From Octopus sinensis (Eukaryota), in NCBI RefSeq assembly GCF_006345805.1, contig NC_042998.1, positions 57,412,001 through 57,476,000 on the forward strand: DNA of 64,000 nt, in the 5' to 3' direction. Position 1 is the first letter of the stretch, and every line of letters begins with the position of its first letter. Of the stretch, positions 1 to 12,742 are shown one piece after another. The position numbers were made by a program, and so were the translations under genes. The notes beneath the pieces are model-generated. The model ran no database searches. It was not told the DNA's origin and worked only from the letters and a program-made list of their open reading frames with translations.

Positions 1-1679
1 CTTTTACGGCTTGTTCATGTGTAATGATATGGTACAATACGGTTTCCTTGTCAAGTCTTGTGTATTGATGCGTTTTACAATTCTTTGTTGGAAGAGACAG
101 GCTTGTCATTTCCCTCCCAAATAATGGCGACTTTTCGGTTGAACTTTGGCACGAGACAGTTAGGTTGAGTGTTTGTGGTTAAGCAAGAGTAAGAATGACA
201 TGAATTACTTACACCAAAGTATTTATGTTACACATTCTTACAGGTGGATCGTTCATGCTCAGAAAGAATGATTTGAGAACATAAGTGAAAATTGGGGTAC
301 AATTGACATGATATTATGCGTCACACAGAATCTTAGCAACACTCTTTGTGTTGTATCTGTCTAAGAAGAAACTACCGACATAAGATATAATTAGCGTACG
401 AAGCAACTAATCCAGGAAAATACCATCCCGGAAAACAAAGTTGTCATAGATTTTTACTTAATAAAGTACATGTTCCACTGGAGAATCTCAGTTAGCGTTA
501 AAAACAAAAAGAATGTCCATCACATTTTTAAAATTCGGACAACTGAGTCAAGATTTATTTATTCCAGTCACTATTTTATGTAGTGTGTTTCTCTATCATT
601 TGTTATCTACCGAATCTAACTTTTTAAGATTGCAACGTAAAATCCGTTTGTCATGTATCCTTTTTATAATACCCACAAATGGACTTTAAGACGATTGAAT
701 TGCTGTGAAGTTGTTTACAGTTGGTCGCAATTAGAAGAATAACTGCGATACAAAGGTATGTGAAAGAAACGAGAAGATTTATGTATTTAAACATCTGTTC
801 AAATAAACAGGCGTAACTCGATTATTTGACGGCGAAATAATATTGATTTATCACAATGGTCAAAAGCTACTGGTTTACGTCAATTAGAATTGGGCGGGGG
901 ACAGTATTCACCGGGTCGGCTGCGTTTGATGTTCAGCCGAAACAATTGTAGATATTCGAATGCAAGTAAAATGGGATGTGAAGAAAAGAGAAGTGAGTTG
1001 CTTTTTCATGAAAAAAAGGAGTAGGTGATGAATAGAAAGTGGGACCACCAGAGAAAGAGTGCAGTGTGCATCCTTTGAGTCTCAGTAGAATATATGTACA
1101 GTTGGCAAGTTGAGAGGAACAGAGAATCTGGTAGTTTAGAGAGATAAGAAACGACGCGTTTTTAAGATGAATAATCGAATTTAGTTTATGGTTGATAGAT
1201 ATGCTAATGACCCAGAGATATATAGCTGTAAAATTCTTCCAAGGTAACGTTTGAATTCGGTATGTTGAATAATAAATTTGAAGTAGAATAATCACAAAGG
1301 ATTTAAGGACAAAAACTGTAGTAGGCCTGACTAACTATCTTAGACACGTAACCAAAACTTTTTTACCTGGTAGACCTTGGCCCATATCTGAGATGCTGCT
1401 GAAGCTATTTCTGATTTCCGTGCTGCAATAATCAAAATATTAATGATGGATTGTATCGGTAAGACGTCATATTTTGGCGAGAAGAAACTGGTGACCGCCC
1501 ACTCATTATCTAACTGGCCCATATTTTATCTTTGGTGAAACGTAAGGGTGACGTGGGTGAAATTTGAACACTGAACACAAAACTTTGAGGTATTTCGGCT
1601 CTTTCTCTCACCAATCAGCTATATCCACCTTAATTGTAATAGGTTCTAAAGTAGGCACATAATTTGGACTTAGGCGCTT

Positions 1680-2206
1680 GTCGATTACATCACCAACAAG
1701 ACTTTATCAACCCGGAGGATGAAAGGCAAAATTGACCATGGTGTGATTTGAACTCAGAGGGATATAGACCGTAACAAAATACCTCAGAGAATTTTGCTCG
1801 TCTCTACCGATATTTCCAGTTCCCCACAAATTTTTCTACAATAGACAGATGATCTGAAATCCAAAGTTGGTAGGTTAGTCTATTATACTGAACCCAACAG
1901 TTTATCGACCCCGAAAAGGATAAAAGGCGAAGTCAACCTCGATGAAATTTGCACTTAATGCCTAAAGAAAGAAACGCCGTTGAGAATTTTGTGCACCAGT
2001 TTTGGAACAAGGACAACAATTTTTAGGAGAGTGGGGGTGCTATTTGATCACATCAAAACTAGTACTCAGGAGGAACTTATTTTTATCGACCACGAAAGGA
2101 TGGTAGGCAAAGCAGTCCTCAGCAGGATTTGAAATCAGAACGTATAGACGGAAGAAATGCCGCTAAGCATTTATTTAAGGCGTGTCAACGATTTTGCCAA
2201 CACACC
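1680..2206 (-). mobile_element. Cluster of three degenerate tRNA-derived SINE copies (family A, core CCTTTCATCC..GGGTCGATAAA)
   Basis: Three adjacent reverse-strand matches to the TTTATCGACCCCGAAAGGATGAAAGGCAAAGTC..TTTGAACTCAGAAC motif that recurs throughout the window; each is diverged. Confidence 0.7.
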
Positions 2207-4254
2207 AGCTTTAGTAATAAGAACCTGCAGATGCAATAAAAGAGAGACTTACGTGTTGTGTGGGACAGGCAAGTTATATAAAGACGATCTGAGAAGTGAA
2301 AAAAGTTATACATTTAAACTGGAGATAAGTTAATATTTTATAAAAATGCAACATGAATAATACTTGAATATAAAAGGATATTAACACAAAAATTAAAACT
2401 AGAATTAATTTATACAGCAAAAGATATGGAGAACAGTTAGAGTTTGCATCTATATATGAGTGAAAGTTAAGTGAATATGACTGGTTAAATCACATATTAT
2501 TAGGGCTCGTCTGGCATTGCTAGAATTGCAGCCTCATATATGTAAAGGGCTCGTCGTAATAGGTTCTGAGTAATATTAATAAACAACTCAAGTCTTCAGG
2601 ATAGGCATTCGGTCTTTTGTGTGTCTCTAATATTCCAAACACAATTGCTTTTCTGTCTTGAACACAACACATTCTGTTCAGCAAATGTGATTCTGTGAGA
2701 TTTAGGTTCGAAAAACGAAGGATGAGGAGCCTCAATTCAACGTCCCACTCGTCATTTTAATTATACCAAAGATGTTGTTCCTTCTTGCCCTTTTTGTTTT
2801 CTACCGATGTTCATACTCTTTTGAGGGGACATCGCATTTTCCCTTTCATACCTCGTCCTACGGTTTGGATATTTTCCTTCCAAATCATCACCTGCCCTTC
2901 CTTACAAGTTGACTGCTGGCTAGTATTGTGCGGACGTGAGTCTGTTGCTGCTTTTGTTACGGATACACCTCTTCTCTTATCTCTAATTGCCAACGCTGTG
3001 AGTATATGTGTATAAAACTGTTTTGCTATCGGTGCTGTTATTTATTTCGCGAGTCAGCATTATTTTTAATACTCATATTTTCATTTATAAAATTTTTCAG
3101 GTTTATATATTCTCATAAAATGGAAGCCTTTGCTTATTGTACAGTTGACATTTCGTTTTGAATGTCGGCTTGCAAAAAGATCTTTTCAAAAGACATTTTC
3201 AAAATATCACTTTTCCTACATACGATAAACAAGTATAAACGAAAACCATCATCACTTTGAACTTGTGTTATTTTCTTAGAAGGTAATTCTGCATTGCAGG
3301 TGTTATGTAAGTTGTGTTATGTTACAGAGTTATTTTCTTTTTTGGCTATGACACATGTATGGGACGTACATTCGACTGAATGTCAACTGCATTGGATGTG
3401 AGTTTATGCGAAGCAATATTATTTGAACTCATTTTCGAGTTCCGAGATATCGAATATTCATGTTCTTCTTTTCTCCACCATAGTACTCACAACATTTTTG
3501 GTAGCGTTTTCATTTTCATACCTATCTTATTCCTGTTTTAAAATCCTTGTGCGCTAATAGCTTCTCGATTTCTTTCCTGGGGAAATTTGTAAAAGCATGG
3601 TGTATAATACTAATCATTCTCACTAACTAATGTCAACTATGTTGCTTTCCGGGTGATGTGCTGAACAGGTCAAGTCGAGACGTTTGTCATTAATATACAT
3701 TCATTTCTCTCTTTGATAATTATATCTTGATAAAGTTTGAATTTGATCACCATAACTGTCTGAAAAGACGTCCCAAAATCATGGTAGCCGCATTATTTTC
3801 ATACATGTTTCATATTCGTGTATACAACTTCTCATTTTTCACTTCGAACTATCGCAATATTTGTCCAGTGGACAAGGTGGATGATTATATCATGTCTGGC
3901 TATTTGCTGAATCGGTAAGAAATGGGCAGCCAGAAAAAAAAAATACTCACACCATTTTATTACTCTGATTGCATGGTCTGCACTTGAAGTTAGCTCGTTT
4001 TCCATTGTTTATAATTTATAGTTACTGCAGCTATACAGTGATTAACAACACCTTTGGATATACTTTGGAATCTTTGAGGTATAATTGCTTTACAATCAGA
4101 TTTGCCTTCTGACATTTGATCCTTTCAGGAATTGGTTATGTTTTGTTGTGTATCTATATAGTACACGTATCGTCCGTGGTTTTTAGAATTCGTATTATGC
4201 TGTTTAAGCATTCTCTATTGTTTTATCATTATCTAAAAATTTTGTTCAGCGTAG

Positions 4255-4301
<47 letters not shown>

Positions 4302-4310
4302 GTTATTATT
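4255..4310. repeat. (ATT)n microsatellite
   Basis: Direct reading; flanks the 3' end of the Dong fragment. Confidence 0.95.
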
Positions 4311-4791
4311 ACTGCCTTTGCACAGCTTCTAACGATGGAGATGTACTTCGGTGTTAGCTGTTAACTATCAGTGAACTAAGGTAACACCCCTTATTTTTTG
4401 TGCACCTTCGGGAGTATTCGAGCGGTTCCAAGAAGTGCTGCTTTCTGTAAGTGCTCCAGCCTTATTGTTCCATGTACTTCTCAATATTTTTACTCACTTT
4501 TCCCAGTATTCCGACAATTATTGGTACTACTATCACCTTTTTCATCGACTACAAATGCTTAACCTCCCAAGCTAATCCATCATATCTATCGACTTTTCCT
4601 TCTTCTCTATCGCGTACCTTTTTGTCAGCTGGGCATGCTATATCTATGATCCAGCATAGTTTGCTTTCTTCCTCAATTAAGACTATGTCTGGCTTCCTAT
4701 TCTTTATCTCATGGTCGTACTGAATCATAAAATCCCACAGGATCTTTGCATTATCATTTTCGATGATGCCTTCGGGTTTATGGTCGTACCA

Positions 4792-4793
<2 letters not shown>
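4311..4793 (-). mobile_element. R4/Dong-clade non-LTR retrotransposon 3' fragment (restriction-like endonuclease)
   Basis: Minus ORF reads WYDHKPEGIIENDNAKILWDFMIQYDHEIKNRKPDIVLIEEESKLCWIIDIACP, the (R/K)PD..D RLE signature. Bounded on both sides by (ATT)n. Closely similar to the copy at 44975-45545. Confidence 0.9.

Positions 4794-4838
<45 letters not shown>
4794..4838. repeat. (ATT)n microsatellite
   Basis: Direct reading. Confidence 0.95.
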
Positions 4839-4839
<1 letters not shown>

Positions 4840-4869
4840 GGGCAATGGAATAGCAGTCATTAAAGCATC

Positions 4870-5190
4870 AAACAAAATGCTAAGCAGTATTTCTTCCGTC
4901 TCTTTACGTTTTTACATCATATCCCGCTGAGGTCCTCATCGTATTTCGTCGTTTCAGGATCGATAAACTTAAATAACAGTCAAGCACTGGGTTCTATACT
5001 ATCGAATTATTCCTTCCCTCAAAATTGCTGACCTTGGTGCCAAAATATGAAAAAATTTAAGGTGGCGAACTGGCAGAAACGTTAGTGTGTCGGACAAAAT
5101 AAATTACAGCATTTCTTTCGACTTTTAGGCTCTGAGTTGAATTCACGCCGGAGGCATCTTTGCTTTTCCTCATTTCGAGATCCATGAAAT
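4870..5190 (+). mobile_element. Two degenerate family-A SINE fragments
   Basis: AAATGCTAAGCAGTATTTC..GGATCGATAAA and GGTGGCGAACTGGCAGAAACGTTAG..TCTGAGTTGAATT match the head and core of the SINE at 51730. Confidence 0.65.
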
Positions 5191-6172
5191 GAATTATCAA
5201 TTTAGTTTTAGGGTCGATGGCGCCGAATTGCTTCGTCCAATCGAAAGAGTTGTTCTAAATTTTGAAACTATAATCCTGTTTTAATGAAGTATATAATGAA
5301 GTACAGCAGAATATTCAGATACCGCTTTTAAGTTGATGGAAAAGAACTCAGATTTTAAAATTTCCTTTAGCAAAGGACATCAGAAGGTTGTCTACCATAC
5401 TATTTTGTGGTATTGCAATAAAATTTCTCATTGAATAATAATAATATAAATAATTTTTAAGCATTCATGTTTTTAATGATTTAATATGGATTCTTCTAAT
5501 GTAAAGTCAAGAGATACTGATTTCAGACGTGATAGCGACGGCAAACCACAAAGAATTTCGAAAAAAAATGCTTTGAAAGCATATAACTGTTTTAAAACCA
5601 TTGATACACAAAAGAGAAAAAGATCTACAAGCAAAAATATGCAGAAAAAAAATTAGAATTAAAAAAGCAGTCAGCCATTTTGACACAGACAAGTGAAAAA
5701 CACCAAACGATAGCTATAATGACTTTAATAGCCACAGTAACAATAGAAGCTTCTTTGTTACTGAACCAATATGAACTTCCTGACATAGTTCGGCTAGAGA
5801 AAAACAAGAAAAGACATAAGAAAGATAGGTTACAAGAGGCTATGCCTCGGAGGAAAGCTATTTAACTTTGACTTTTTTCTCCAAAAACCGGTGATGGAAG
5901 CTTTCATATTCTATCAAAGAAACAGTTGGAAGAATTCTAGACCCGTGTATATCACGATATGCCTTCCAATGTGGATCGTGTGAAATTGTGCTTGGTAATT
6001 AAGTCCAAGGATGAGATGAGAAGACGGGCGGAATTAATGAGTATCATACTTGCCCACCAACTGGTGCTACCTTATCGTGGATAGATACAATCAGTGGTCA
6101 CGTCTAAAGGTATCGTTGAGCATGTTCACGCGTTACTTGACACGTCTTAGCCTTTGAAGAATGTTGCTGGTA

Positions 6173-7330
6173 CAGGGGTGGGTGGGTCATGGAGGATAGA
6201 CGTTTTTGATAACTTCACAAAATCATTAATTTTAGTTGCAAACAAATTTTATTGACATCAGTACGTTTCTATTGAATTAGCATTTGTCAACCTCAAGTTT
6301 GAAAAGTCGCATCCATCATATGGTGTCCGTCTTCATTGATACATTTCTGAAGACATTCTTGAAAGTTGGCCTCCACTCTCCCCAGCATTGCTTTGTAGAT
6401 TGTGGTGTATTTCACGTGAATAGCTTCCTTCAAATCGTCCAATGTACGGGTCTTATGCGCAAACATGTGCTTTGAGGTTTCCCCACAAGAAATAATCATA
6501 TGAACAAATCAGGGACCGAGGGGGGGGGGCAAGGAAAGTCAGCAAAGCTAGAAATGAGGCGGTCACCGAAGAGAGAGTGAAGAACGTCCATTGATGTTTT
6601 GGCTGTGTGGGCCGTCGCCCATCCTGCTAAAACCACAAGCGTCGAATAGGTATACGTTTTTCTCATAATTCAGGCACAGCATTTCCATTACTGTCTTCAA
6701 ATAAGTAAGGACCAATGACAGCAGCTTTTCAAACAGCACATCAGACTGTCACTTTTGGGCTGCAGTGGTCTTTTGTGTAGTTCTCTCAGATTTTCAAGAG
6801 CCCAATATTACAGTTCTGTTGATTCACCATGTCAATGAGATGAAAATGTGCTTCATCACTCATTAACAAAATGAAGTTAGAATTTGCCTCAAAAATTGTT
6901 TCCATCTGACGTGCGAAGTTAAGCCGCAGTGCATAGTCGTATGGTTTCAAGTGTTGCCCAATGAACAATTTATACGGGTAGAAATGCAGGTTTTCGCGCA
7001 AAAGATGCTGCCAAGTTCAGTGGTATGCCTCCGAGCAGAACTATTCGGTCTCCGTAATCAAAGCTTGTCTGGCGCGTTCATCATTTTCCGGTGTCCTTAT
7101 CATTCGTGGCGCCCCCACCAATCTCCTATTCATTATTGTACCTCGTGTACGAAGTGCCTTCACACAACGTAAGATTGTGTTACGGATGGGAACAGCCTGA
7201 TTTTGACGAATGTTGAAGTGGCGCCAAAACGCTCGCTGCACTGCTGTGACAGACTCCTTATTCTTCACGTATATATCGTAGGCAAACACGCGATGCTCTG
7301 TCGTTCGCGGCGCCATGGCTTCATCTGAAA
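6173..7330 (-). mobile_element. Degenerate Tc1/mariner transposon, DD41D (rosa-like) clade
   Basis: Frameshifted minus-strand transposase: MAPRTTEHRVFAY..; LMSDEAHFHL..VNQQNC; WF*QDG-ATAHTA..WPPRSPDL..DYFLWG with about 41 residues between the 2nd and 3rd Asp (read across frameshifts). TA-CAGGGGTG end at 6171; the opposite TIR was not found. Confidence 0.85.
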
Positions 7331-8429
7331 AGAAAGAAAAATGCTAAGACACCACGAACCGAATGGTACCTGTCGGTAGTATGTCACTCCCAATGGGGCT
7401 CAGTAAGAGTCATTTCAACAACTTATGTCCTCTCTTCTGCCTTAGCCTGTAGTTGTTAGTGCAGACATAAGGCACAATGACACATAGTCGACAGATTTTA
7501 CAGGGAAATGGAGTTGTTGAGGACCGTCGGCAATCACAGAGATATCTAGCAGATGTTAGGGTGAACGAGAAATCTATCGGGTGAAGTGAAGGCCGAAATT
7601 GATGAGCGTGTGTAAGTAGGAATTAATTCTTGCTTCTATCCTGGAGAAATTGGAAAGGTGAGGAAAAGATGGGAAATGATGGGGTGACCATCTGTAGTGG
7701 AGTGAGTAGTAACATCAACAGTAGTTACAGGGACTGTTTTCACTTTATCGCCGGCTGGTGATGATGATAACAAAACAAAAGATTTGGTCTGGAATGCCAA
7801 AAGTTTTCTTCATCGTCAAAAATCAGTATTATTGCTCCTTTGTCTTGCGTAGGATATAAAAGACAAGCAGGGGTGTCACAAGCATTAGTAACAGAAAAAA
7901 TAAATATGAAAAAGCAAAAGCATGCCGAAACCTAAAGTGAGACATATGAGGGGCGGCTCATTTTCTTAGACCATCATCATCATCATCATCATACGCATTA
8001 TCATCATTATAAACAACTTTTAAACATTACCGTCTCGACTGCCAGAACTCATAGAGCTGGTTATCCGGTTTCCATGCCATTTATACGTCCGAGATTATAA
8101 CATTCAGCACGAAAGGGACACGCCAGTCCATCAAAGCACCACCTCGTTCACGCTTCAAAAGAACTATCTTCCGATCATGAGTGAAACTCTGTAACTGCAA
8201 AATCGCGTATCTTCCCTAATTTTCCTTTTGGACTTCAATAAATGAATGGTTCTAAGAACAGTTAACAGAATCTAATTGATTGACTGAACGAAGAATGACA
8301 TACGGAAACACTCTTCTGATATGAGAAAGGCAAAGGAAAATTTTGTGGGACATTTAGTTGAGAGACTGCCACAGTAAACCATGCTAACTGTCTATATTCA
8401 ACTTAATTGCGATTATCTAGAGAACAGGT

Positions 8430-8680
8430 GGAGGCGCGAGGCTTAGTGGTTAGGGTGTCAGCATCATGATCATAAGATTGTGGTTTCGATTCCTGGACCG
8501 GGCGACGCGTTTTGTTCTGAAGAAAAACACTTCATTTCACGTTTCTCCAGTCCACTCAGCTGGCAAAAATGAGTAACGCTGCGATGGACTGGTGCCCTGT
8601 CTAGCTGGGGAACGCATACGCCAGTGAAACCGTGAAACAGGTCCCATGAGCCTGGCTAGGCTTTAAAAGGGCGCATTTGT
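8430..8680 (+). mobile_element. tRNA-derived SINE, family C (V-domain-like GCGATGGACTGG motif)
   Basis: A box GGCTTAGTGG and B box GTTTCGATTCC, then ACACTTCATTTCAC..CTCAGCTGGCAAAAATGAGTA..GCGATGGACTGG. The superfamily label is an inference. Confidence 0.75.
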
Positions 8681-9376
8681 TTATTTATTTTTTATCTACA
8701 GCACACACGTTTTTTTTTTTATTTTTTAGCTGGAATTGTAGTCACTCGATATCGTACAGTGACGAAACTGATGGCAGTTTTTCACCTGTGTAGCAGTTTT
8801 TCTCTTATTTTGTATTTGTATTTTTAAAAAATTATTATTCTCTGTATTATAAATCAGCATTAGATATTCTAATTATGGAGAAAAGTGCATTCATTGAAAA
8901 TGCTTCATAAAAATCATGGACAGATTTCTTATCTAAAGACTTCCCACGTTTTGTTTAATAGTATCGAAAATTGAAGAGTAAAAAATAACTTTCTTTTAAT
9001 TATGTTTCTTTCTGGTATAATACACATATTATTGTTACAAGAAAAGCTATTGAAAATAATACAAAAATATAATATAGTTAGCATATTAAGTGTGATCATC
9101 TGTTTTATTTTGTCAGCACATGTTATCCCTCATGCTGCAATTTTTAATTAGATTATTGAAAATTAAAATCTCTTTGGACAAGTTTTAATTTAAAAAATCT
9201 CGTAGAATGAGCAAGACGTCTGTTTCGTAGAGAAGGTGATATCTGTCAAGTGTGATTTTTTTTTACAGAATTTTGTTATTCTGCTTGTATCCAACTCAAG
9301 ATGGTTTTTCATAAGAGAAAGACTACAACTTGAAAAAAATGTTAAAATTAATGTAACTATTTTTACTCCCTTATCC

Positions 9377-9569
9377 TTTTATTTGTTTCAATCATTTGAC
9401 TGTGGCCATGCTGGAGCACCGCTTTTAGTCGAGCAAATCGACTCCAGGACTTATTCTTTGTAAGCCTAGTACTTATTCTATCGGTTCTTTTGCTGAACCG
9501 CTAAGTTACGGGAACGTAAACACACCAGCATCGTTTGTCAAGCGATGTTGGAGGGACACAGACACACAA

Positions 9570-9622
<53 letters not shown>

Positions 9623-9795
9623 AGCATATATACGCCGGGCTTCTATCAGTTTTCGCCTACCAAATCCACTCACAAAGCTTTGGTTGGCCCGATGATATAG
9701 TAGAAGACAGTTGCCCAAGGTGCCACGCACTGGGACTGAACCCGGAACAATGTGGTTCGTGAGCAAGCTACTTACCACACAGCCACTCCTACGCC
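9377..9795 (-). mobile_element. tRNA-derived CORE-type SINE (family B) with internal (CA)/(TA) microsatellite
   Basis: Reverse strand reads GGCTGTGTGGTAAGTAGCTTG..GTTCAGTCCC..CACCTTGGGCAA (CORE motif) and ends GCTCCAGCATGGCCACAGTC. Confidence 0.9.
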
Positions 9796-10635
9796 TATAA
9801 CTATTCTGTAACTATACAGAGCAAGCAAAGACAATAGATGAAAAACTTCGCAGCAAGATCCACTATCTGTACAAGGAAAAGTTGATATTTTAGCAGCTGA
9901 CAAAGTCATATTGACAAGTAAAAATGCTCATTTTAGCAAACGTAGAAAGTAAGCCTATTGTAATGAGAGAAAATGTTTTTGTTTTGAACAACATGCAAAT
10001 AACATGCAAGTTTCCGCTAACATTGTTAGTCACACAGATTATAATATGAGTAAGCAAGCATAGCAGACGTCTACGTGACAGTTATGTGGCGAAGAAAACA
10101 CCTTATTGCCTGAGTTTTCTTTTATCCAAAACGAGAAACGATGAAGTGCACATATCTCTGATTCTTTAAATAATATATCCTGCATCTGTCGGTACAGGAC
10201 TCACAAAATCTTGTGTGCATGGTTTTCAAAGCGCAGGCCAAGCCAGCATGTCTTACAATTTCCCACGGGCTAGTTCCATAATACTTGTAATGATGTAATA
10301 CAAGAAGTATTTTGAAAATGATTGGCAATAATGTAGACTCTTTGCTTATCGTTATCTTTGTGGTGCGAATGGTAAGCACTGAAATGACTAGAATTGATAT
10401 GTGGTCGGGTGAGAAATAGCATGGATAAAAAAATATTATTGAGTCTCGAATTCTGCACGGACATTTTAGAGTTGTGGCTTGTTATAGGTGCAAAAAGTAA
10501 AGTAATGAGACTACATGGCTGGAGCAGAAAAATGAGAGTGCTGCAGATGAGGCAGTAGGAATAATGTTGCCGGTGTGTGTGTTTTTTGGATGTATTGCAT
10601 CTGTTATACATATTCATTCAAAATCTCAGTATATT

Positions 10636-10847
10636 CTTTTCTATTCTAGGTACAAGGCCCGAAATTTTGGGGGAGGGGGCCAGTCGATTAGATCGACTCC
10701 AGTATGCAATTTGTACTTAATTTATCGACCCTGAGAATAAAAGGCGAAGCCGACCTCGGCGGAATTTGAACTTGGAACGTAAGAACGGAAAAAATGCCGC
10801 TAACCATGTTGCCCGGCGTGCAAACAATTCTGCCAGTTCGCTGCCTT
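10636..10847 (-). mobile_element. Family-A SINE
   Basis: Near full-length reverse match including GGCAGCGAACTGGCAGAATTGTT head and core. Confidence 0.9.
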
Positions 10848-10886
10848 AATAATAATAATAATATTAATAATAATAATAATAATAAC

Positions 10887-10921
<35 letters not shown>
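10848..10921. repeat. (AAT)n microsatellite
   Basis: Direct reading. Confidence 0.95.
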
Positions 10922-11080
10922 GGGAGGAAATAGGCATAAAACCCAGTCTAGTACAGCTCAAGAAAATAGTGTTATTAGGGATAGCTAGGATACTTAGGAG
11001 GGTCATTGGCATCTAAGGTTACTTGTATCCAGATGCTGGGAATTTTTCTTTTGCAACAGTCTAATCCGTTTGTGTGTACA

Positions 11081-11082
<2 letters not shown>
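10922..11082 (+). mobile_element. R4/Dong 3'-end remnant between (AAT)n arrays
   Basis: GGAGGAAATAGGCATAAAACCCAGT..CTAGGATACTTAGGAGG matches the 3' end of the Dong piece at ~56500-56600. Confidence 0.8.
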
Positions 11083-11116
<34 letters not shown>

Positions 11117-11299
11117 TACTGTTCAAGCGTTCAAGTAGAAGAATTGTTGGAACATATTTATTCTAACTCCTTACGTTTTAAATTTAAATCAGGCTGCATT
11201 AGTCAACTATTGGTGTCTGGTCAATTAATTTCTCCCCATAAAGTTCTGTCCTTGTGCCTACCTATGTTAGAAATGATTATATTGATTGGCACAATTATT

Positions 11300-11470
11300 A
11301 GGGAGCCGGAAAAATACCTGTGGTATTTGTTCTAGCTCTTTACGTTCAAAGTGTAAATCTTGCTGAGGTCAACTTTGTTTTCCATCATTCGGATTCGACA
11401 AAATAAGGTACCAGTCAAGTACTGTCGCCTATGTAAGCCCTTAACACCACATTGTTTTGGCCTCGTGATT
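11300..11470 (+). mobile_element. Degenerate family-A SINE
   Basis: CTTTACGTTC..GAGGTCAACTTTGTTTTCCATC..TCGACAAAATAAGGTACCAGT. Confidence 0.65.
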
Positions 11471-12087
11471 AAGTTAGAAAAAAGAATATTGTTACATTAG
11501 CATATCCATACACACATGTAGAAGAGGCATATGGTTAATTAAATAGACTCTCATTATATCACTAGTAATAGTTGATATCATTAATTATTAATTTCAAGAC
11601 TTCATTTTGCCTTGATGTTAATATTACGTTAAAACCCAAAATTGTTATTAAAAACGCGCTGAAAACGGAGTAATTCTGATTTCAGAAGATTTTTTCTTTT
11701 TAAATTTTGCTTCGAGCTTCGCTGTATGGTAACCAGTCACGTTGCTTCCTGTTTACAAGTTTACTGTTAATTAAAAAAAATATAGAGTTTCACAGTTATT
11801 GGTTAGAAATTAGAGTCTAGTAATAAATTACGAGAGATAACATATGGCGCTAAAAGTAATTAATTTAGTAAATCAATGTCCTTTTTTTATGCTCGATTCA
11901 AATACTATATTTAATGATACTGTTAAATAATTATGGAAGTATGCAATTAATTTTAGTCACTCTTGGTCAAACTAAGAACAGCTGTTATGGATCATACTTG
12001 ACTTTTAGCAGAGAGACTAGAGGAATGCAATGAAGGCATTTTCATTGTTCTCCTTTTTCAGTTTATTTAGATGTCAAGTAAAGGGAC

Positions 12088-12186
12088 ATTCCATTATTTG
12101 CTACTACTACTATAATTCGTTAGCGTTTATATCCTCCCTACAGTTGATTATTGTTGCGTCCAAAGAACTTTGGTTTAGCTGATTTA
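12088..12186 (+). repeat. 99-bp direct repeat, copy 1
   Basis: Near-identical to 12644-12742. Confidence 0.95.
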
Positions 12187-12640
12187 ATTTCTAGGTAACT
12201 AAAAAATTTTAAACTTCGTATACTGGTAGAATGTATTTATAAAACATCATTTTCTCTTGGATTTATTGAGAAAATTCTATAGTTTGTAAGATATTTGTTG
12301 TTGTTTTTTTCTTCAATTTCAACCAATCACTGACATCTATTGAGGTAAAAATCATTCTGTGCTGTATGAATATGTCCCTCGTTTAAGAAACAGATTGGAT
12401 TTATTTATATTTGTGAAGAAAAAAAAGATACCCTTCTCCCCACCCCTAAACTCAATAGACGGTTATTGATTGGTTGAAATTACTGAAATGCAAGAAATTA
12501 AAGACCAAATATGTTACAAACTATAGAATTTTCTCAATAAAGCCAAGAGAAAAAGATGTTTTATAAACACATTCTACCAGTATACGAAGTTTAAAATTTT
12601 TTTGTTACCTAAAAACTGCCGTTCAAACCGAAAAGATCCG
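12187..12640. mobile_element. Non-autonomous DNA transposon (MITE) with long terminal inverted repeats
   Basis: TAGGTAACTAAAAAATTTTAAACTTCGTATACTGGTAGAATG..CTATTGAG (12192 onward) is the reverse complement of CTCAATAG..CATTCTACCAGTATACGAAGTTTAAAATTTTTTTGTTACCTA (to 12611); no ORF. Confidence 0.85.
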
Positions 12641-12643
12641 GAG

Positions 12644-12742
12644 ATTCCATTATTTGCTACTACTACTATAATTCGCGAGCGTTTATATTCTCCCTACAGT
12701 TGATTACTGTTGCGTCCAAAGAACTTTGGTTTAGCTGATTTA
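12644..12742 (+). repeat. 99-bp direct repeat, copy 2
   Basis: Near-identical to 12088-12186. Confidence 0.95.

Noticed and set aside
892-900. GC box (GGGCGGGG) suggesting a promoter
   Set aside because: Isolated motif inside probable TE remnant, with no CpG-rich context or identifiable first exon.
933-1295. 120-aa minus-strand ORF
   Set aside because: No recognisable domain, composition typical of AT-rich non-coding DNA, and a non-ATG start.
7440-7800. Possible APE endonuclease remnant (DRFLVHPN) on the minus strand
   Set aside because: Only one short motif; insufficient support.
8430-8510. tRNA-like A/B boxes
   Set aside because: SINE head, with no acceptor stem or cloverleaf; no true tRNA or rRNA gene was seen in the window.
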